This document shows, piece by piece, positions 1 through 10,070 of a DNA stretch of 64,000 bases (positions within the stretch are counted from its first letter, which is position 1; each line of letters starts with the position of its first letter). The translations under genes and the position numbers were made by a program. This DNA is from an uncultured Acidobacteriota bacterium (GTDB lineage Bacteria > Acidobacteriota > Thermoanaerobaculia > UBA5066 > Gp7-AA6), in contig CAVXTP010000021.1 of assembly GCA_963764715.1 (NCBI GenBank), positions 288,001 to 352,000 of the forward strand. Direction: 5' to 3'. The notes under the pieces are model-generated. The model made no database searches. It was not told where the DNA came from and saw only the letters and a program-made list of their open reading frames with translations.

Positions 1-101
1 GTCCCCCGTCCTGGCCCCTCGGTCTCGCCGCGTCGGCCGCGGGACTCCTCGTCTGCGGATGGATGGCGGCGGCGGGGCGCCGGGCGCCCGGCCATCCGTG
101 A
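1..101 (+). CDS. 3' end of an upstream YfhO-like membrane protein (partial)
   Basis: The frame from nt 3 reads PPSWPLGLAASAAGLLVCGWMAAAGRRAPGHP*, resembling the final TM helix of the two downstream YfhO-like proteins. Its TGA overlaps the GTG of the next gene (GTGA). Confidence 0.55.
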   Translation, partial: PPSWPLGLAASAAGLLVCGWMAAAGRRAPGHP

Positions 102-2461
102 TCCTCGTCGCCCGTTCCCTCGCGGTGTACGCCGCCTCCGCGGCGCTTCTCCTGTGGCTCGCGCACCGGTTCGTCCTTCCCTTGCCGCGGCGGATCGCGT
201 TCCTGCTCGCGGCCGCTCCTCTCCTCTTCACGGGCCGCGCGATCTTCACCGGCGGCGTCTACGGACCGATCGACATCCTCTACAACGGCTATCCGTTCGG
301 CTCGCTTCGGCAGGAGCTCTCCGTCGCGGCGGACCGGACCCCGCTTCTGTCCGACATCGTCTACCAGCAGATCCCGTGGCGCGCGGCCGTGCGCGAGGCG
401 CTCGCCGACGGACGGCCTCCGCTCTGGAACCCGCACGTCCTGGCGGGGGAGCCGCTCTCGGCGGTCGCGCAGTCGGCCGTCCTGCATCCCGGGACGCTCC
501 TCGGAATGCTCCTGCCCCTGCCCCAGGCCTGGACGTTCGACGTGACCCTGCGGCTCCTGATCGCACTTTTGGCGGCGTATCTCTTCCTGCGCGAGCTCGG
601 GTGCGGCGCCGGCGGAGCGCTCTTCGGCGCGCTCGGCTGGGCATTCTCGAACTGGATGATCTTCTTTCTCGGCGTTCCGCCGATGCCGGCGGCGGCGCCG
701 GTCCCGCTCCTCCTGCTCGGCGTCCGGCGCGTCGTCCGGCAGCCCGGCGCCCCCGGTGCCGCGATCGCCGCCGTGGCCGTATTCCTGATCGCCGCGGCGG
801 GACACCCCGAGACGCTGCTGCACGCCGGCTTCGGCGCCGGTCTGTACGGGCTCTTCGAGCTCGCCGGCGCACGGATCGCGAGCCGGGCCCGGTCCCTGGC
901 GTGGGCGGCCTTCGCGGCGGTCTTCGGGCTCGGGCTCTCGGCCGTGGTCCTCGGGCCGGTGGCCGAGGCCCTCCCGCACACGCAGGAGCACTTCCTGCGC
1001 ATGAATTGGTACGCGAAGCAGTCGCGGTCGGTGCCGGGCCCGCAGAGCCTCGCCCGCCTGACGCCGCAGGTCGTTCCGTACGCCGTCGGTGTCTCGGGGC
1101 GCGGCCGGGTGCTCGAGGGCTTTCACGAGCCGTCGGCCTACGCCGGCGCGCTGCTCTTCCCGCTCGCGTTCGCGGGCCTCTTCGCGCGCAACCGCGACCG
1201 CTGGTTCTTTCTGGGCGTCGGAGCGCTCGGCCTCGCCGTCTGGACGAAGACGCCGGCGGCCGACGCGCTCGCGAAGCTCCCGCTCTTCGACATCGCCCTG
1301 AACGAGCGCATGCTGCTCTGGACTCTCCTCGCGCTCTGCGTCCTGGCCGCCCTCGGCGCCGACCGCCTCGGCGAGGGTGAGGGCGCTCCGGGCGTGGTCG
1401 CGGGCGGGCTCGCGACGCTCGGCCTCGTCCTCGGGCTCTTCGTCCGGGCCGAGCCGCGCCTCGCGGCCCTCGGAATGCCCGCCGCGTTCGCCCGCGAGCG
1501 GCTGCTCCTGCAGGTCGTCCCGCTCGTCGCCGGGATCGCTCTCGCTGCGGCGCTCGGGCGCCGGCGCAACAAGCTCGTCCTTCCGGCGCTCCTCGTCCTT
1601 CTCGCCGGCTCGCGCGTTCTCGAGGAGGGCGCCACGCACCCCACGATGGCCGCGAAGGCCTTCTACCCGCGCTTTCCGGTCCTCGACGCCGTCCCGAGAG
1701 GCTCCGGCGAGCGCATCGCGGGCGTGGGCAACGCGCTCATCCCGAACACGGCGTCCGTCTACGGCCTCGACGACGTCCGCGGATACGAGGCCATGACGCT
1801 GCGGCGCTTCCACGAGACCTTCCCGCTCTGGTGCGTGGAGCAGCCGGTCTGGTTCAACCGGATCGACGACCCGACGCGGCCCTTCCTCGCGTTTCTCGCG
1901 GCGCGGTGGGTCCTCGCGGAGGCCGGCTTCCCGCCGCCGCCGGGCTGGACGACGCGGGCGGAGGGCGCGGGCCTGCGCCTGCTCGAAAACCCCGGGGCGC
2001 TTCCGCTCGCCTTCGCGCCCCGCCGCTATCGCAGCGAGCCCGAGCCCGCGCGGCGGCTGCAAGCCCTCGGCTCGATCGAGAACTTCGGCGAGCGCGGGAT
2101 CGTCGAGGACGGACCGGCGGGAGACTGGATCGAGAACGGCGAGGCGAGCGTCGTGATCGCCTCCGCGAGCGCCGGCCTTCTCGACCTGCGCATCGACGCC
2201 CGGTCGCCGGCCCTCGTCGCGGCGTCGCTGCCGGCGTGGCCGGGCTGGCGGGCCGAGGTCGACGGGTCGCGGACCGGCGTGCTGACCTACAACCACGCGT
2301 TCCTCGCGGTCCGCGTTCCAGCCGGCCGGCACCATCTCGCGCTGCGCTACTCGCCCGACGGGTTTCGATACGGGGCGGCCGTGAGCCTCGCGACGCTCGC
2401 GGCGGGAGCGGTGATTCTGCGGCGCTCTCGCCGGAGAAAACCGGGGGAGAATCCGGCGTAG
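98..2461 (+). CDS. YfhO-family polytopic membrane protein (GT-C-like glycosyltransferase)
   Basis: Many TM segments with the motifs PLWNPH..GEPL, GHPE, DVRGYE, PGW.A.VDG, NHAF.AV.VPAG.H and a C-terminal TM helix. GTG start at 98 is coupled to the upstream stop; the ORF track starts at 59. Confidence 0.8.
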   Translation: MILVARSLAVYAASAALLLWLAHRFVLPLPRRIAFLLAAAPLLFTGRAIFTGGVYGPIDILYNGYPFGSLRQELSVAADRTPLLSDIVYQQIPWRAAVREALADGRPPLWNPHVLAGEPLSAVAQSAVLHPGTLLGMLLPLPQAWTFDVTLRLLIALLAAYLFLRELGCGAGGALFGALGWAFSNWMIFFLGVPPMPAAAPVPLLLLGVRRVVRQPGAPGAAIAAVAVFLIAAAGHPETLLHAGFGAGLYGLFELAGARIASRARSLAWAAFAAVFGLGLSAVVLGPVAEALPHTQEHFLRMNWYAKQSRSVPGPQSLARLTPQVVPYAVGVSGRGRVLEGFHEPSAYAGALLFPLAFAGLFARNRDRWFFLGVGALGLAVWTKTPAADALAKLPLFDIALNERMLLWTLLALCVLAALGADRLGEGEGAPGVVAGGLATLGLVLGLFVRAEPRLAALGMPAAFARERLLLQVVPLVAGIALAAALGRRRNKLVLPALLVLLAGSRVLEEGATHPTMAAKAFYPRFPVLDAVPRGSGERIAGVGNALIPNTASVYGLDDVRGYEAMTLRRFHETFPLWCVEQPVWFNRIDDPTRPFLAFLAARWVLAEAGFPPPPGWTTRAEGAGLRLLENPGALPLAFAPRRYRSEPEPARRLQALGSIENFGERGIVEDGPAGDWIENGEASVVIASASAGLLDLRIDARSPALVAASLPAWPGWRAEVDGSRTGVLTYNHAFLAVRVPAGRHHLALRYSPDGFRYGAAVSLATLAAGAVILRRSRRRKPGENPA

Positions 2462-4860
2462 TGGCTTTCGTCGTCCTCCGGTCCCTCGCCGTCTACGGGG
2501 CGACGGCCTCGATCGCGCTCTGGCTCGCGAACCGCTTCGCCGCGCCCGTCCGGAGGCGGACGGCGCTCCTGCTGGCGGCGGCGCCGCTCCTGCTGACGGG
2601 ACGGGCGCTCCTCTCGGGCGGCGTCATGGCCCCGCTCGACATCGTGTACCAGGCGGAGCCGTTCCACGACCTGCGCTCGCGCTACGGGATCGAGCGGGTG
2701 GTCAATCCGCTCCTCGTCGACGTGGCGTCGCAGATGCTTCCCTGGAGGCAGGCCGTCCGCGAGGCGGTCTTCGAGGGCCGGCTCCCGCTCTGGAACCCGC
2801 ACATGCTGGCGGGGGAGCCGCTCGCCGCGGTCCAGCAGCCGGCGGTCCTGTATCCGGGCACGTGGATCGGATTCCTCCTTCCGCCGCCCCAGGCCTGGAC
2901 CTTCGACCTGACGCTCCGGATCTTTCTCGCTCTGCTCTTCGGTTACGTCTTCTTCCGCGGCTGCGGCGCGGGGGAGGCGTCGGCCCTGCTCGGCGCGGCG
3001 GCGTGGGGTTTCTCGGACTTTCTCGTCTTCTTCGTCGGGTATCCCGTCGGGGCGAGCGTCGCGGCGTTCCCGCTCCTGCTGCTCGGGCTCCGGCGGCTCG
3101 CCGAGCGGGCGGACCGGCGCGCGGCCGGCCTGACGGTCGCCTCGCTCGTCCTCATCGCGGTGGCGGGCCACCCCGAGACGCTTCTCTTTGCCGTCGCCGG
3201 CGGGGGGGTCGCGTTTCTCTTCGAGCTCTCGCAGGCGCCGGCGTCCCGCCGCCGCCGCGCCCTCGGCCTCGCGCTGCTCTCGGGCGCGCTGGCGTTGGGG
3301 CTTACGGCCGTCGTCCTCCTGCCGTTCGCCGAGATCGTTCCCCAGACGTGGCAGCACGTGATCCGGCGCGACCTCTATGCCCGCGGCAGCCGGTCGGAGC
3401 CGCCTCTCGAAAGCCTGAGGCGGGTGGTCCTGAGCCTGGTTCCGTACGCCTACGGCCGGCTCGGCCGGAGCGAGGTCATTCCGCGCCTCATGGTCCCGGC
3501 CGGCTATGCGGGGGCGCTCCTGCTGCCGCTCGCGCTGGCGGGAATCTCCGCGCGCGACCGGCGCCGCTGGCTCTGGGCGGGCCTCGCGCTTTTCGGCCTC
3601 GCCCTCCACGCCCGCCTGTACGGCCTGACCGAGGCCATCGTGGCGCTGCCGCTCTTCGACATCGCGATCGGCGATTACTTCGTATTCCTCTGGGTCTTCG
3701 GCCTGGCCGCGCTCGCGGTCCTCGGCGCCGAGGAGCTGCGCGCGGGCCGGGGAACGCGGGCCTTCGTCCTCGGCGCGATCGTCGCGGTGGCCCTGACGCT
3801 CTTCGTTTCCCGGTATCGCGCCGCGGGACTCGAGGCCCTCCGGATGAGCGCCGGCGACCTCCGTGACCGGGTGCTGCTGCAGGTCGTCCCCGTGCTCGCC
3901 GGCCTCGTCCTCGTTCTCGTGGGCGCTCGGCGGCGACGGTTCGGCACGGCCCTCGTGGCTTCGCTCGCCTCCGTGTTGCTCGCGGCGCGGACCGCGGAGC
4001 AGTGGGACGTCTATCCGACCTACCCGGCGGCGGCGTTCTACCCGAAGCTCGAGCTGCTCGACCCGATCCCCCGCGGCGAGCCCGTGCGCATGACCGCGCT
4101 CTGGCACGCCTTCACGCCGAACGCGGCCGCGATGTACGGGATCGAGGACGTGCGCGGCTACGAAGCCATGCTGTTCGGACCTTACGTCGAGACCTACTCG
4201 CTCTGGTGCGATCCTCCCGGCCTCTACTTCAGCCGGGTGACCGATCCGACCCGCCCCTTTCTCTCGTTCCTGAACGTGCGCTACGTCCTGTCTCCCTCCG
4301 GCGTCGCCGTCCCCGACGGCTGGAAGGTCCTTTCGGAAAGCCACGGCCTGCGCCTGCTCGAGAACCCGAAGGTGCTCGAACGGGCGTTCGTGCCGCGCCA
4401 CGTCCTCTGGACCGACGATCCCAAACTGCATCTCTGGGCGCTCGCTCGGATCCCGGACTTCCGGAACGACGGGATCGCCGGCGGGAAGACATCCGGCCGC
4501 GTCGGATGGCAGCACAACGGGCGGGCGCGCCTGGAGACGAAAGCGTACGCGGGCTCGCGCCTCGAGCTCGAGGTGGAGGCGCCGGAGGAGACCTTCGTCG
4601 GGACGTCGATCCCGGCATGGCATGGATGGAAGCTCCGGATCGACGGCGCTCCCGCCCGCCTCCATCCCTTCAACCACGCCTTCCTCGGATTCGAGGCGCC
4701 GCCCGGCCGCCACCGGGCGGTGCTCGTTTATCGGCCCGACGGCTTCGTGTGGGGCGCCGCGATCAGCCTGGCGTCGCTCCTGGCGTGTGCGCTTCTCGCC
4801 CGGCGACGTCCGTCTCCGGGCACGCCGCCGCGACCGCCAGAAGCATCGCGATCGGCGTGA
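2461..4860 (+). CDS. YfhO-family polytopic membrane protein (paralog)
   Basis: Same motifs as the previous gene (PLWNPHMLAGEPL, GHPE, DVRGYE, NHAFLG). GTG at 2461 abuts the previous stop. Confidence 0.8.
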   Translation: MAFVVLRSLAVYGATASIALWLANRFAAPVRRRTALLLAAAPLLLTGRALLSGGVMAPLDIVYQAEPFHDLRSRYGIERVVNPLLVDVASQMLPWRQAVREAVFEGRLPLWNPHMLAGEPLAAVQQPAVLYPGTWIGFLLPPPQAWTFDLTLRIFLALLFGYVFFRGCGAGEASALLGAAAWGFSDFLVFFVGYPVGASVAAFPLLLLGLRRLAERADRRAAGLTVASLVLIAVAGHPETLLFAVAGGGVAFLFELSQAPASRRRRALGLALLSGALALGLTAVVLLPFAEIVPQTWQHVIRRDLYARGSRSEPPLESLRRVVLSLVPYAYGRLGRSEVIPRLMVPAGYAGALLLPLALAGISARDRRRWLWAGLALFGLALHARLYGLTEAIVALPLFDIAIGDYFVFLWVFGLAALAVLGAEELRAGRGTRAFVLGAIVAVALTLFVSRYRAAGLEALRMSAGDLRDRVLLQVVPVLAGLVLVLVGARRRRFGTALVASLASVLLAARTAEQWDVYPTYPAAAFYPKLELLDPIPRGEPVRMTALWHAFTPNAAAMYGIEDVRGYEAMLFGPYVETYSLWCDPPGLYFSRVTDPTRPFLSFLNVRYVLSPSGVAVPDGWKVLSESHGLRLLENPKVLERAFVPRHVLWTDDPKLHLWALARIPDFRNDGIAGGKTSGRVGWQHNGRARLETKAYAGSRLELEVEAPEETFVGTSIPAWHGWKLRIDGAPARLHPFNHAFLGFEAPPGRHRAVLVYRPDGFVWGAAISLASLLACALLARRRPSPGTPPRPPEASRSA

Positions 4861-6121
4861 AGATCCGCGCCGCGGACCACGAGATCCAGAGCGACGGGTC
4901 TTCCGGGCGGTGCAGGTACGTGAACACGAAGAACGCTCCCAGGACGGCCGCCGTCGAGAGCGGAACGACCGCGCGGCGCGCCAGCGGAAGGGACGCGAGG
5001 ACGACGAGCAACGGGACGATCCAGGGCAGCCCGTGGCCCGCCGCCAGCAGATTCACGAGAATCGTCTTGACGACGGCAGCGAGTCGGGCGGGGTAGAGGT
5101 CGAGGAACCGGCCGCTCTCGGAATAACCGGTGAAGAGGCCCCTCGAGGCGCCGAACGCGAACCACACGCCGAGGGCGGCGGCCGACGGACCGAGCAGCGT
5201 GACGAGCGATGGCAGTGCTCCGCGCCCGGGCCGGCGCCGCGCGAGCACGGCGAGCCCCGCGGCCGCCACGGCGAAGGGAAGGCCCTCGACTTTCGTGACG
5301 GCGGCGCCTGCGAGGAGTATCCCGGCGAGAAGCTGCGTCGGCCGCTCCGACGCGAAGGGCGAGAGAAGCAGCGCCATGGCCAGCGTTTCGAACAGCAGCA
5401 GGGGCATCTCGCCGTTTCCGCCGATGTCGGCCTCCATCCCGGCGCAGGCGATCGCGGAGACGGCGAGCGCCGAGACCGCGGCCCCCCGCGCGCGCCCGAC
5501 GCTCCGGTCGAGCATTCCCGGCAGCCCGAGAGCGAGCGCTGCCAGCAGCGCCGGGAACGTCAGGATCGCCGCCGTCCAGGGGAGACGGCCGGCCGCCATC
5601 GAGGCGAACGCGTAGAGGTTCGTGACGAGCGGCGGGTAGTAGGGATGCATGAACCGGTGGAAGACGTTTCCGAGGAACCCGGGATCGATCGTCCGGGCCA
5701 TCGCGTAGGCCTGCGCCTTGGGGCCCCAGAAGAAGAGGAGGTCGGGCGAGCTCGCGGCGCCCGAAACGGCGGCGACGAAAGCCGCGGCGACCGCCGCGAC
5801 GGAGACGACGTGGGCGAGCCGGCGCCCGACGGGACCCGCGTCGTCCGCGTCCGGCGCCGCGGCGGCCGGGGACGCCGGACCCGCGAGCCGCCTCAGGACC
5901 CAGGCGAGAACGGCCGAGGCGAGCACCAGGACGCCCGTTCGCCACTTCACGCCGACGAGCACGGCGACCGTCATCGTGAAGGACAGAATCGCCGCGCCCG
6001 CCGCGCCGGACAAAGCCAGGCGCGCCGCCGCGGAGAAGCGCCGGAAGGCGGGGTGGGAAACGAGCGGCCACCCGCAGATCGGAAGCAGGAGATAGGCCGC
6101 GAGCCACAGGAGTCCCGTCAC
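4763..6121 (-). CDS. Polytopic membrane protein, probable GT-C/PMT-like glycosyltransferase
   Basis: About 11 TM segments with the motifs D.LFFWGPKA, HPYYPPL and TKVEG. GTG start overlaps the upstream TGA. Overlaps the convergent YfhO gene by 98 nt. Confidence 0.6.
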   Translation of the reverse strand: MTGLLWLAAYLLLPICGWPLVSHPAFRRFSAAARLALSGAAGAAILSFTMTVAVLVGVKWRTGVLVLASAVLAWVLRRLAGPASPAAAAPDADDAGPVGRRLAHVVSVAAVAAAFVAAVSGAASSPDLLFFWGPKAQAYAMARTIDPGFLGNVFHRFMHPYYPPLVTNLYAFASMAAGRLPWTAAILTFPALLAALALGLPGMLDRSVGRARGAAVSALAVSAIACAGMEADIGGNGEMPLLLFETLAMALLLSPFASERPTQLLAGILLAGAAVTKVEGLPFAVAAAGLAVLARRRPGRGALPSLVTLLGPSAAALGVWFAFGASRGLFTGYSESGRFLDLYPARLAAVVKTILVNLLAAGHGLPWIVPLLVVLASLPLARRAVVPLSTAAVLGAFFVFTYLHRPEDPSLWISWSAARIFTPIAMLLAVAAACPETDVAGREAHTPGATPG

Positions 6122-6561
6122 GGGACGTCCCGGCGCCAGACGGAGCCCTCGGCGGTCTCCAGGACGAGCCGGCCGGGTGGCGGCGCAGGCCGCGGTCCGA
6201 CGACGACCATGTACTGCGCCTCCTTCCAGGCCCCCGGGTCGAGGAAGCCGCCGTAGGAGGCTGAGGGCAGGACGTGGCGGCCGGGAAGAAGCGAGATCGC
6301 GAAACGGTGGAAGTACGTCTCCTGGATCGCGTTCGGCGGCTCGGTGCGCGCGACGACCGAGGCGCCGTCGGGAATCGCCGCCCGCGCGGCCGTCAGCATG
6401 GCGTAGAGCGGCGCGACCGAGCTCGCCGCGCTCCGGTCGAACGGCGTCCGCGGCCGGCGCAAGAGGCCGTCCTTCCACGGAAGGCTGGTGATCGCGAAGC
6501 CGGCGAGGACGGCGGCGCCGAGGAGGGGCGCGAGGAGGCGGAACGTCTGGCGGCCGGGCAA
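6118..6561 (-). CDS. Hypothetical membrane-anchored protein
   Basis: N-terminal hydrophobic helix; stop overlaps the start of the downstream gene. Confidence 0.6.
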   Translation of the reverse strand: MPGRQTFRLLAPLLGAAVLAGFAITSLPWKDGLLRRPRTPFDRSAASSVAPLYAMLTAARAAIPDGASVVARTEPPNAIQETYFHRFAISLLPGRHVLPSASYGGFLDPGAWKEAQYMVVVGPRPAPPPGRLVLETAEGSVWRRDVP

Positions 6562-6578
6562 CGAAGCGATTGTAGCCG

Positions 6579-6710
6579 CTAGTGTTGTGTCACCGAAGTT
6601 TCGATAGCGCCATTCGGCGTCGAGACAACCACCGTGGCCCTCGCTCTCGGGCCTTCCTGCGTCTTTCGAGCAAAGAGATCGATAGCATGACTTCGGTTGC
6701 AGGCCGCTAG
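6579..6710. mobile_element. MITE-like element with CTAG ends and imperfect terminal inverted repeats
   Basis: Left end CTAGTGTTGTGTCACCGAAGT versus reverse complement of the right end CTAGCGGCCTGCAACCGAAGT (15/21 identical). Non-coding and lower in GC than its surroundings. Confidence 0.45.
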
Positions 6711-7696
6711 CTCGGCTTCTCCTCCGCCTCCCAGTGCTCCAGGAGCTCCTGCCCGACGGTCTTCGTGACGAAGATCTGCTTGAGGTAGTTGAGCGTCGTG
6801 ACCGCCAGGGGCACGCCGGCCGCGGAGAACGGCGCGCCGAAGGCCGCGAGCGCGAGGTGCCGGGCCTTCTCGGCGCCGGTGAACTCGGGATTGCGCAGGT
6901 CGAGCACGCTGCCGTAGTACCGGAAGACCATCCGGTAAACGTCCGAGAGGAGCGTCCGGAAGCCCATCTCGCTGCCCCAGACGAAGCAGGCCCCGCCCCG
7001 GATCTTCGCGAGGAAGTCGCGCACGCTCGAGGCCTCGGCGACGGTGTAGACGCGCGCGAGGGGACCCAGCGTGTGGGCGTCCGAGCCCGCGACGAGCGAG
7101 ACGGCGCCCCGTTTCTCGCGCACGACCGCCATGAGGTCTTCGACCAGGCGGTTGTGATGGGAGGTCATCGCGCCGTTCTTGACCTCGAAGACGTCGAACA
7201 TCCGGAGCATCTCCTCGAAGTAGCGCCGCGGGGAGTTGCGCATCCGGTAGTTCTGGAACATGTGGTTGGCCGACGCGATGATGTTCTCGGAACGGATGTA
7301 CTCGTGCAGGTCGTAGATGTTGCGGCGCCGCCGCGAGATCTCGGCGTGCTGGGCCTCGTCGATGTCGAAGACGTTGACGTGGATCCGCTGCCGGGTGTCG
7401 GGGAACCAGGTCTCGACCTCCTCGGAGATGAAGAAGTCCTCGAGGTCCGGCCGGCGGTCGAGCAGGGCCAGGCAGCCGTCGATCGAGTCGTGGTCGGTGA
7501 TGGTGACGTAGTCCATGCCCCGTTCCTTGGCGAGGCGATAGACCTCCTCGGGGCGGTTGTACGAGTCGCGGGTGTTCGCGATCCGGAAGTACTTGAAGGT
7601 CGAGTACACGGAGTGGCAGTGCAGGTCCGCCTTCTTGAACCGGGAATCGGCGAACCAGGCCGGCATTTCGAGCTCGACTTCGTTTCCGGACGACAC
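6707..7696 (-). CDS. PHP-domain metal-dependent phosphoesterase
   Basis: DLHCHS, TDHD, NH and GSDAH motifs. GGAGG RBS before GTG 7696 (alternative ATG at 7666). Confidence 0.85.
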   Translation of the reverse strand: MSSGNEVELEMPAWFADSRFKKADLHCHSVYSTFKYFRIANTRDSYNRPEEVYRLAKERGMDYVTITDHDSIDGCLALLDRRPDLEDFFISEEVETWFPDTRQRIHVNVFDIDEAQHAEISRRRRNIYDLHEYIRSENIIASANHMFQNYRMRNSPRRYFEEMLRMFDVFEVKNGAMTSHHNRLVEDLMAVVREKRGAVSLVAGSDAHTLGPLARVYTVAEASSVRDFLAKIRGGACFVWGSEMGFRTLLSDVYRMVFRYYGSVLDLRNPEFTGAEKARHLALAAFGAPFSAAGVPLAVTTLNYLKQIFVTKTVGQELLEHWEAEEKPS

Positions 7697-7790
7697 GTCC
7701 GTGGACCTCCCGCGAAGGCCGGCTCCCCGGGGCCTGTCGCGGCCCGGCCGGCGTCGTCCCGAGGGTACCATCCCGTGTTAACTTCCCGCT

Positions 7791-8534
7791 GTGGCGAGGC
7801 TTTTCTTCCGCGTCCTGTACGGCGCCCTCCTGGCGGCCGTCTTCGTCGGCGCGGTCTGGTTCGGTTTCCGGCGGGCCATCGTGGGCCGTTCCGTCACGGT
7901 CCCCGACCTCTCGGGCAAGACCCCGGAGGAAGCCATCGGGATCGCGCGGCGGGTCGGGCTCCAGTTCGAGGAGCAGGGCGCCCGCGCTCGATACGACGAC
8001 CGCATCGCGGCCGGCCGCGTTCTCCTCCAGCAGCCCGAGGCGGGCTCGCTCGCCAAGCCCGCGCAGGTCGTGCGTGTCGTCCTGTCGCTCGGCCCCCGGG
8101 CCCTCCGCGTCCCGGACCTGACGGGCCTGGCCCCGCGGGCCGCGGCGTTGAAGCTCGCGCGCGAGTCCCTCGAGCTCGGGCCGGCTTCGTGGCTCCGGGA
8201 GCCGGCGGTCCCGGCGGGCATCCTCGCGCAGGACCCGGAGCCCGACACCGCCGCCTCCAAGGGCGAGGCCGTGCGCGTCCTGACCAACCGCGGCGCCCCG
8301 GAGAGCCGCATCGTGATGCCGGACCTCGTGGGCAAGGACGCGGAGGCGGTCCGGGCCCGGCTCGAGAAGTTCGGGTTCAAGGTTGGCAGCGCCCGGTTCG
8401 AGACCTACGAGGGCGTTCGCCCCAACACGATCCTGAAGCAGTTTCCCCCGGCGGGTTACCCGCTCTCGAGCCGCGAGGTCGTCTCCCTGACGGTCTCCCG
8501 TCCGCCCGACACGCCGGCGGCGCCCCGCTCATGA
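7791..8534 (+). CDS. PASTA domain-containing protein
   Basis: N-terminal TM helix plus three repeats starting VPDLSG, VPDLTG and MPDLVG with Q.P.AG-type motifs. Confidence 0.85.
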   Translation: MARLFFRVLYGALLAAVFVGAVWFGFRRAIVGRSVTVPDLSGKTPEEAIGIARRVGLQFEEQGARARYDDRIAAGRVLLQQPEAGSLAKPAQVVRVVLSLGPRALRVPDLTGLAPRAAALKLARESLELGPASWLREPAVPAGILAQDPEPDTAASKGEAVRVLTNRGAPESRIVMPDLVGKDAEAVRARLEKFGFKVGSARFETYEGVRPNTILKQFPPAGYPLSSREVVSLTVSRPPDTPAAPRS

Positions 8535-9202
8535 GGGTCTCGATCGCGCCGTCGCTTCTCTCGGCGGACTTCGCCCGCCTGGCGGACGCCCTGGCGGTCG
8601 CGGAGGAAGGCGGCGCGGACCTCGTGCACGTGGACGTCATGGACGGACATTTCGTGCCGAACCTGACGATCGGGCCGCCGGTCGTCCGGGCCCTCCGCAA
8701 GGCGACCCGGCTGCCCCTCGACGTCCACCTGATGATCGAGCGGCCGGAGGCGACGCTGCCGGCCTACCTCGACGCCGGCGCCAACTGGGTCTCGGTCCAC
8801 GTCGAGGCGACCGACCATCTCCAGCGCTGCCTCGACCTCGTCCGCCGCAGCGGGGCCAGGGCGGGCGCGGCGATCAACCCCGGAACGCCGACGCTCGCCC
8901 TCTCGGCCGCCTGGGCCGATCTCGACTATGCCGTCGTCATGTCGGTCAACCCCGGCTGGGGCGGACAGCCCTTCCTCGTTCCGTCCATCGAGAAGGTGCG
9001 CGCGGTCCATGCCGAGGCGCGCTCCGCGGGCTTCCGGCCACCGATCGAAGTCGACGGGGGAGTCGAGCCGGGCAACGCCGCTGCGCTCGTTTCCGCCGGC
9101 GCGGAAATACTGGTCGCCGGAAGCGCGATTTACGGAGCCGATGACCCCGCGCTCGCCATCGGCCGCCTCCGGGACGCCGCCCGTGCGACGGTCCGGGCCT
9201 GA
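8531..9202 (+). CDS. rpe: Ribulose-phosphate 3-epimerase
   Basis: IAPSLLSADF, HVDVMDGHFVPNLTIG, DVHLMI, MSVNPGWGGQ and EVDGG motifs. ATGA overlap with the PASTA gene. Confidence 0.97.
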   Translation: MRVSIAPSLLSADFARLADALAVAEEGGADLVHVDVMDGHFVPNLTIGPPVVRALRKATRLPLDVHLMIERPEATLPAYLDAGANWVSVHVEATDHLQRCLDLVRRSGARAGAAINPGTPTLALSAAWADLDYAVVMSVNPGWGGQPFLVPSIEKVRAVHAEARSAGFRPPIEVDGGVEPGNAAALVSAGAEILVAGSAIYGADDPALAIGRLRDAARATVRA

Positions 9203-9209
9203 GCGCGCC

Positions 9210-10070
9210 ATGCGATCGTTGAAGGACCGCGCCCTCCGGGCCTCGACCCTCGCCGTCCTGGGGCTCGTCCTCGCCTTCGTCCCGGGCTGCGCCTCCAAGA
9301 CCGGCACCGCCAAGACCGACAAGGTCACGCAGGAGCTCCTGACCCAGCCCAAGGAGGTTCTCTTCGAGAAGGGCAAGGACCTCCTGGCCAGGAAGAAGTA
9401 CGACCAGGCCCGCAAGTACCTCAACCACGTCTTCGAGACCTACCCGAACGAGCAGATGGGCCGGGAGGCCCTGTTGCTGGTGGCCGACTCGTACTTCGCC
9501 CAGAAGTCGACGACCGGCTACACCGAGGCGAGGTATCGGTATCGCGACTACCTCAACCGGTACCCCGGTGCGCCGCGGCGCGACTACGCCCGCTACCAGT
9601 TCGCCCTCTGCTACGACAAGGAGCACGAGAAGCCCGACCGGGACCAGACCGCGACCCGGGAAGCCATCGACCAGTACCGCTCGCTCATCCGAGAATTCCC
9701 CGACTCGGGCTACGCGGGGGCCGCCCGGGAGCGTGTGCGCCAGCTCACCGACCTCCTCGCCGAGCACGACTTCTCGATCGGCTACTTCTACCTGCGGAAA
9801 GGCTCGACCGCCGCCGCCCTGTCCCGCTTCACCACCCTCGAGGAGCGCTTCCCGGAGTACGGCGCCAAGGACAAGCTCTACTACTACGAGGGGATCGCCC
9901 TGACCCGGCTCGGCCGGAAGGACGAAGCGGGCCGGTACTTCCAGAAGGTGGTCCAGGACTACCCCAAGAGCGACTACGCGAAGAAGGCCCGCTCGAAAGC
10001 CGGCCCCCTGCCGGCTCCCACCCCCGCCCCCGAGGCCGCCGCGGTTGACACAAAGGCCGGAAACCAGTAA
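9210..10070 (+). CDS. bamD: Outer membrane protein assembly factor BamD
   Basis: Lipobox VPGC, TPR repeats, and the motifs PDRDQ, FPDSGY and LAEHDF.IGYFY. Confidence 0.9.
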   Translation: MRSLKDRALRASTLAVLGLVLAFVPGCASKTGTAKTDKVTQELLTQPKEVLFEKGKDLLARKKYDQARKYLNHVFETYPNEQMGREALLLVADSYFAQKSTTGYTEARYRYRDYLNRYPGAPRRDYARYQFALCYDKEHEKPDRDQTATREAIDQYRSLIREFPDSGYAGAARERVRQLTDLLAEHDFSIGYFYLRKGSTAAALSRFTTLEERFPEYGAKDKLYYYEGIALTRLGRKDEAGRYFQKVVQDYPKSDYAKKARSKAGPLPAPTPAPEAAAVDTKAGNQ

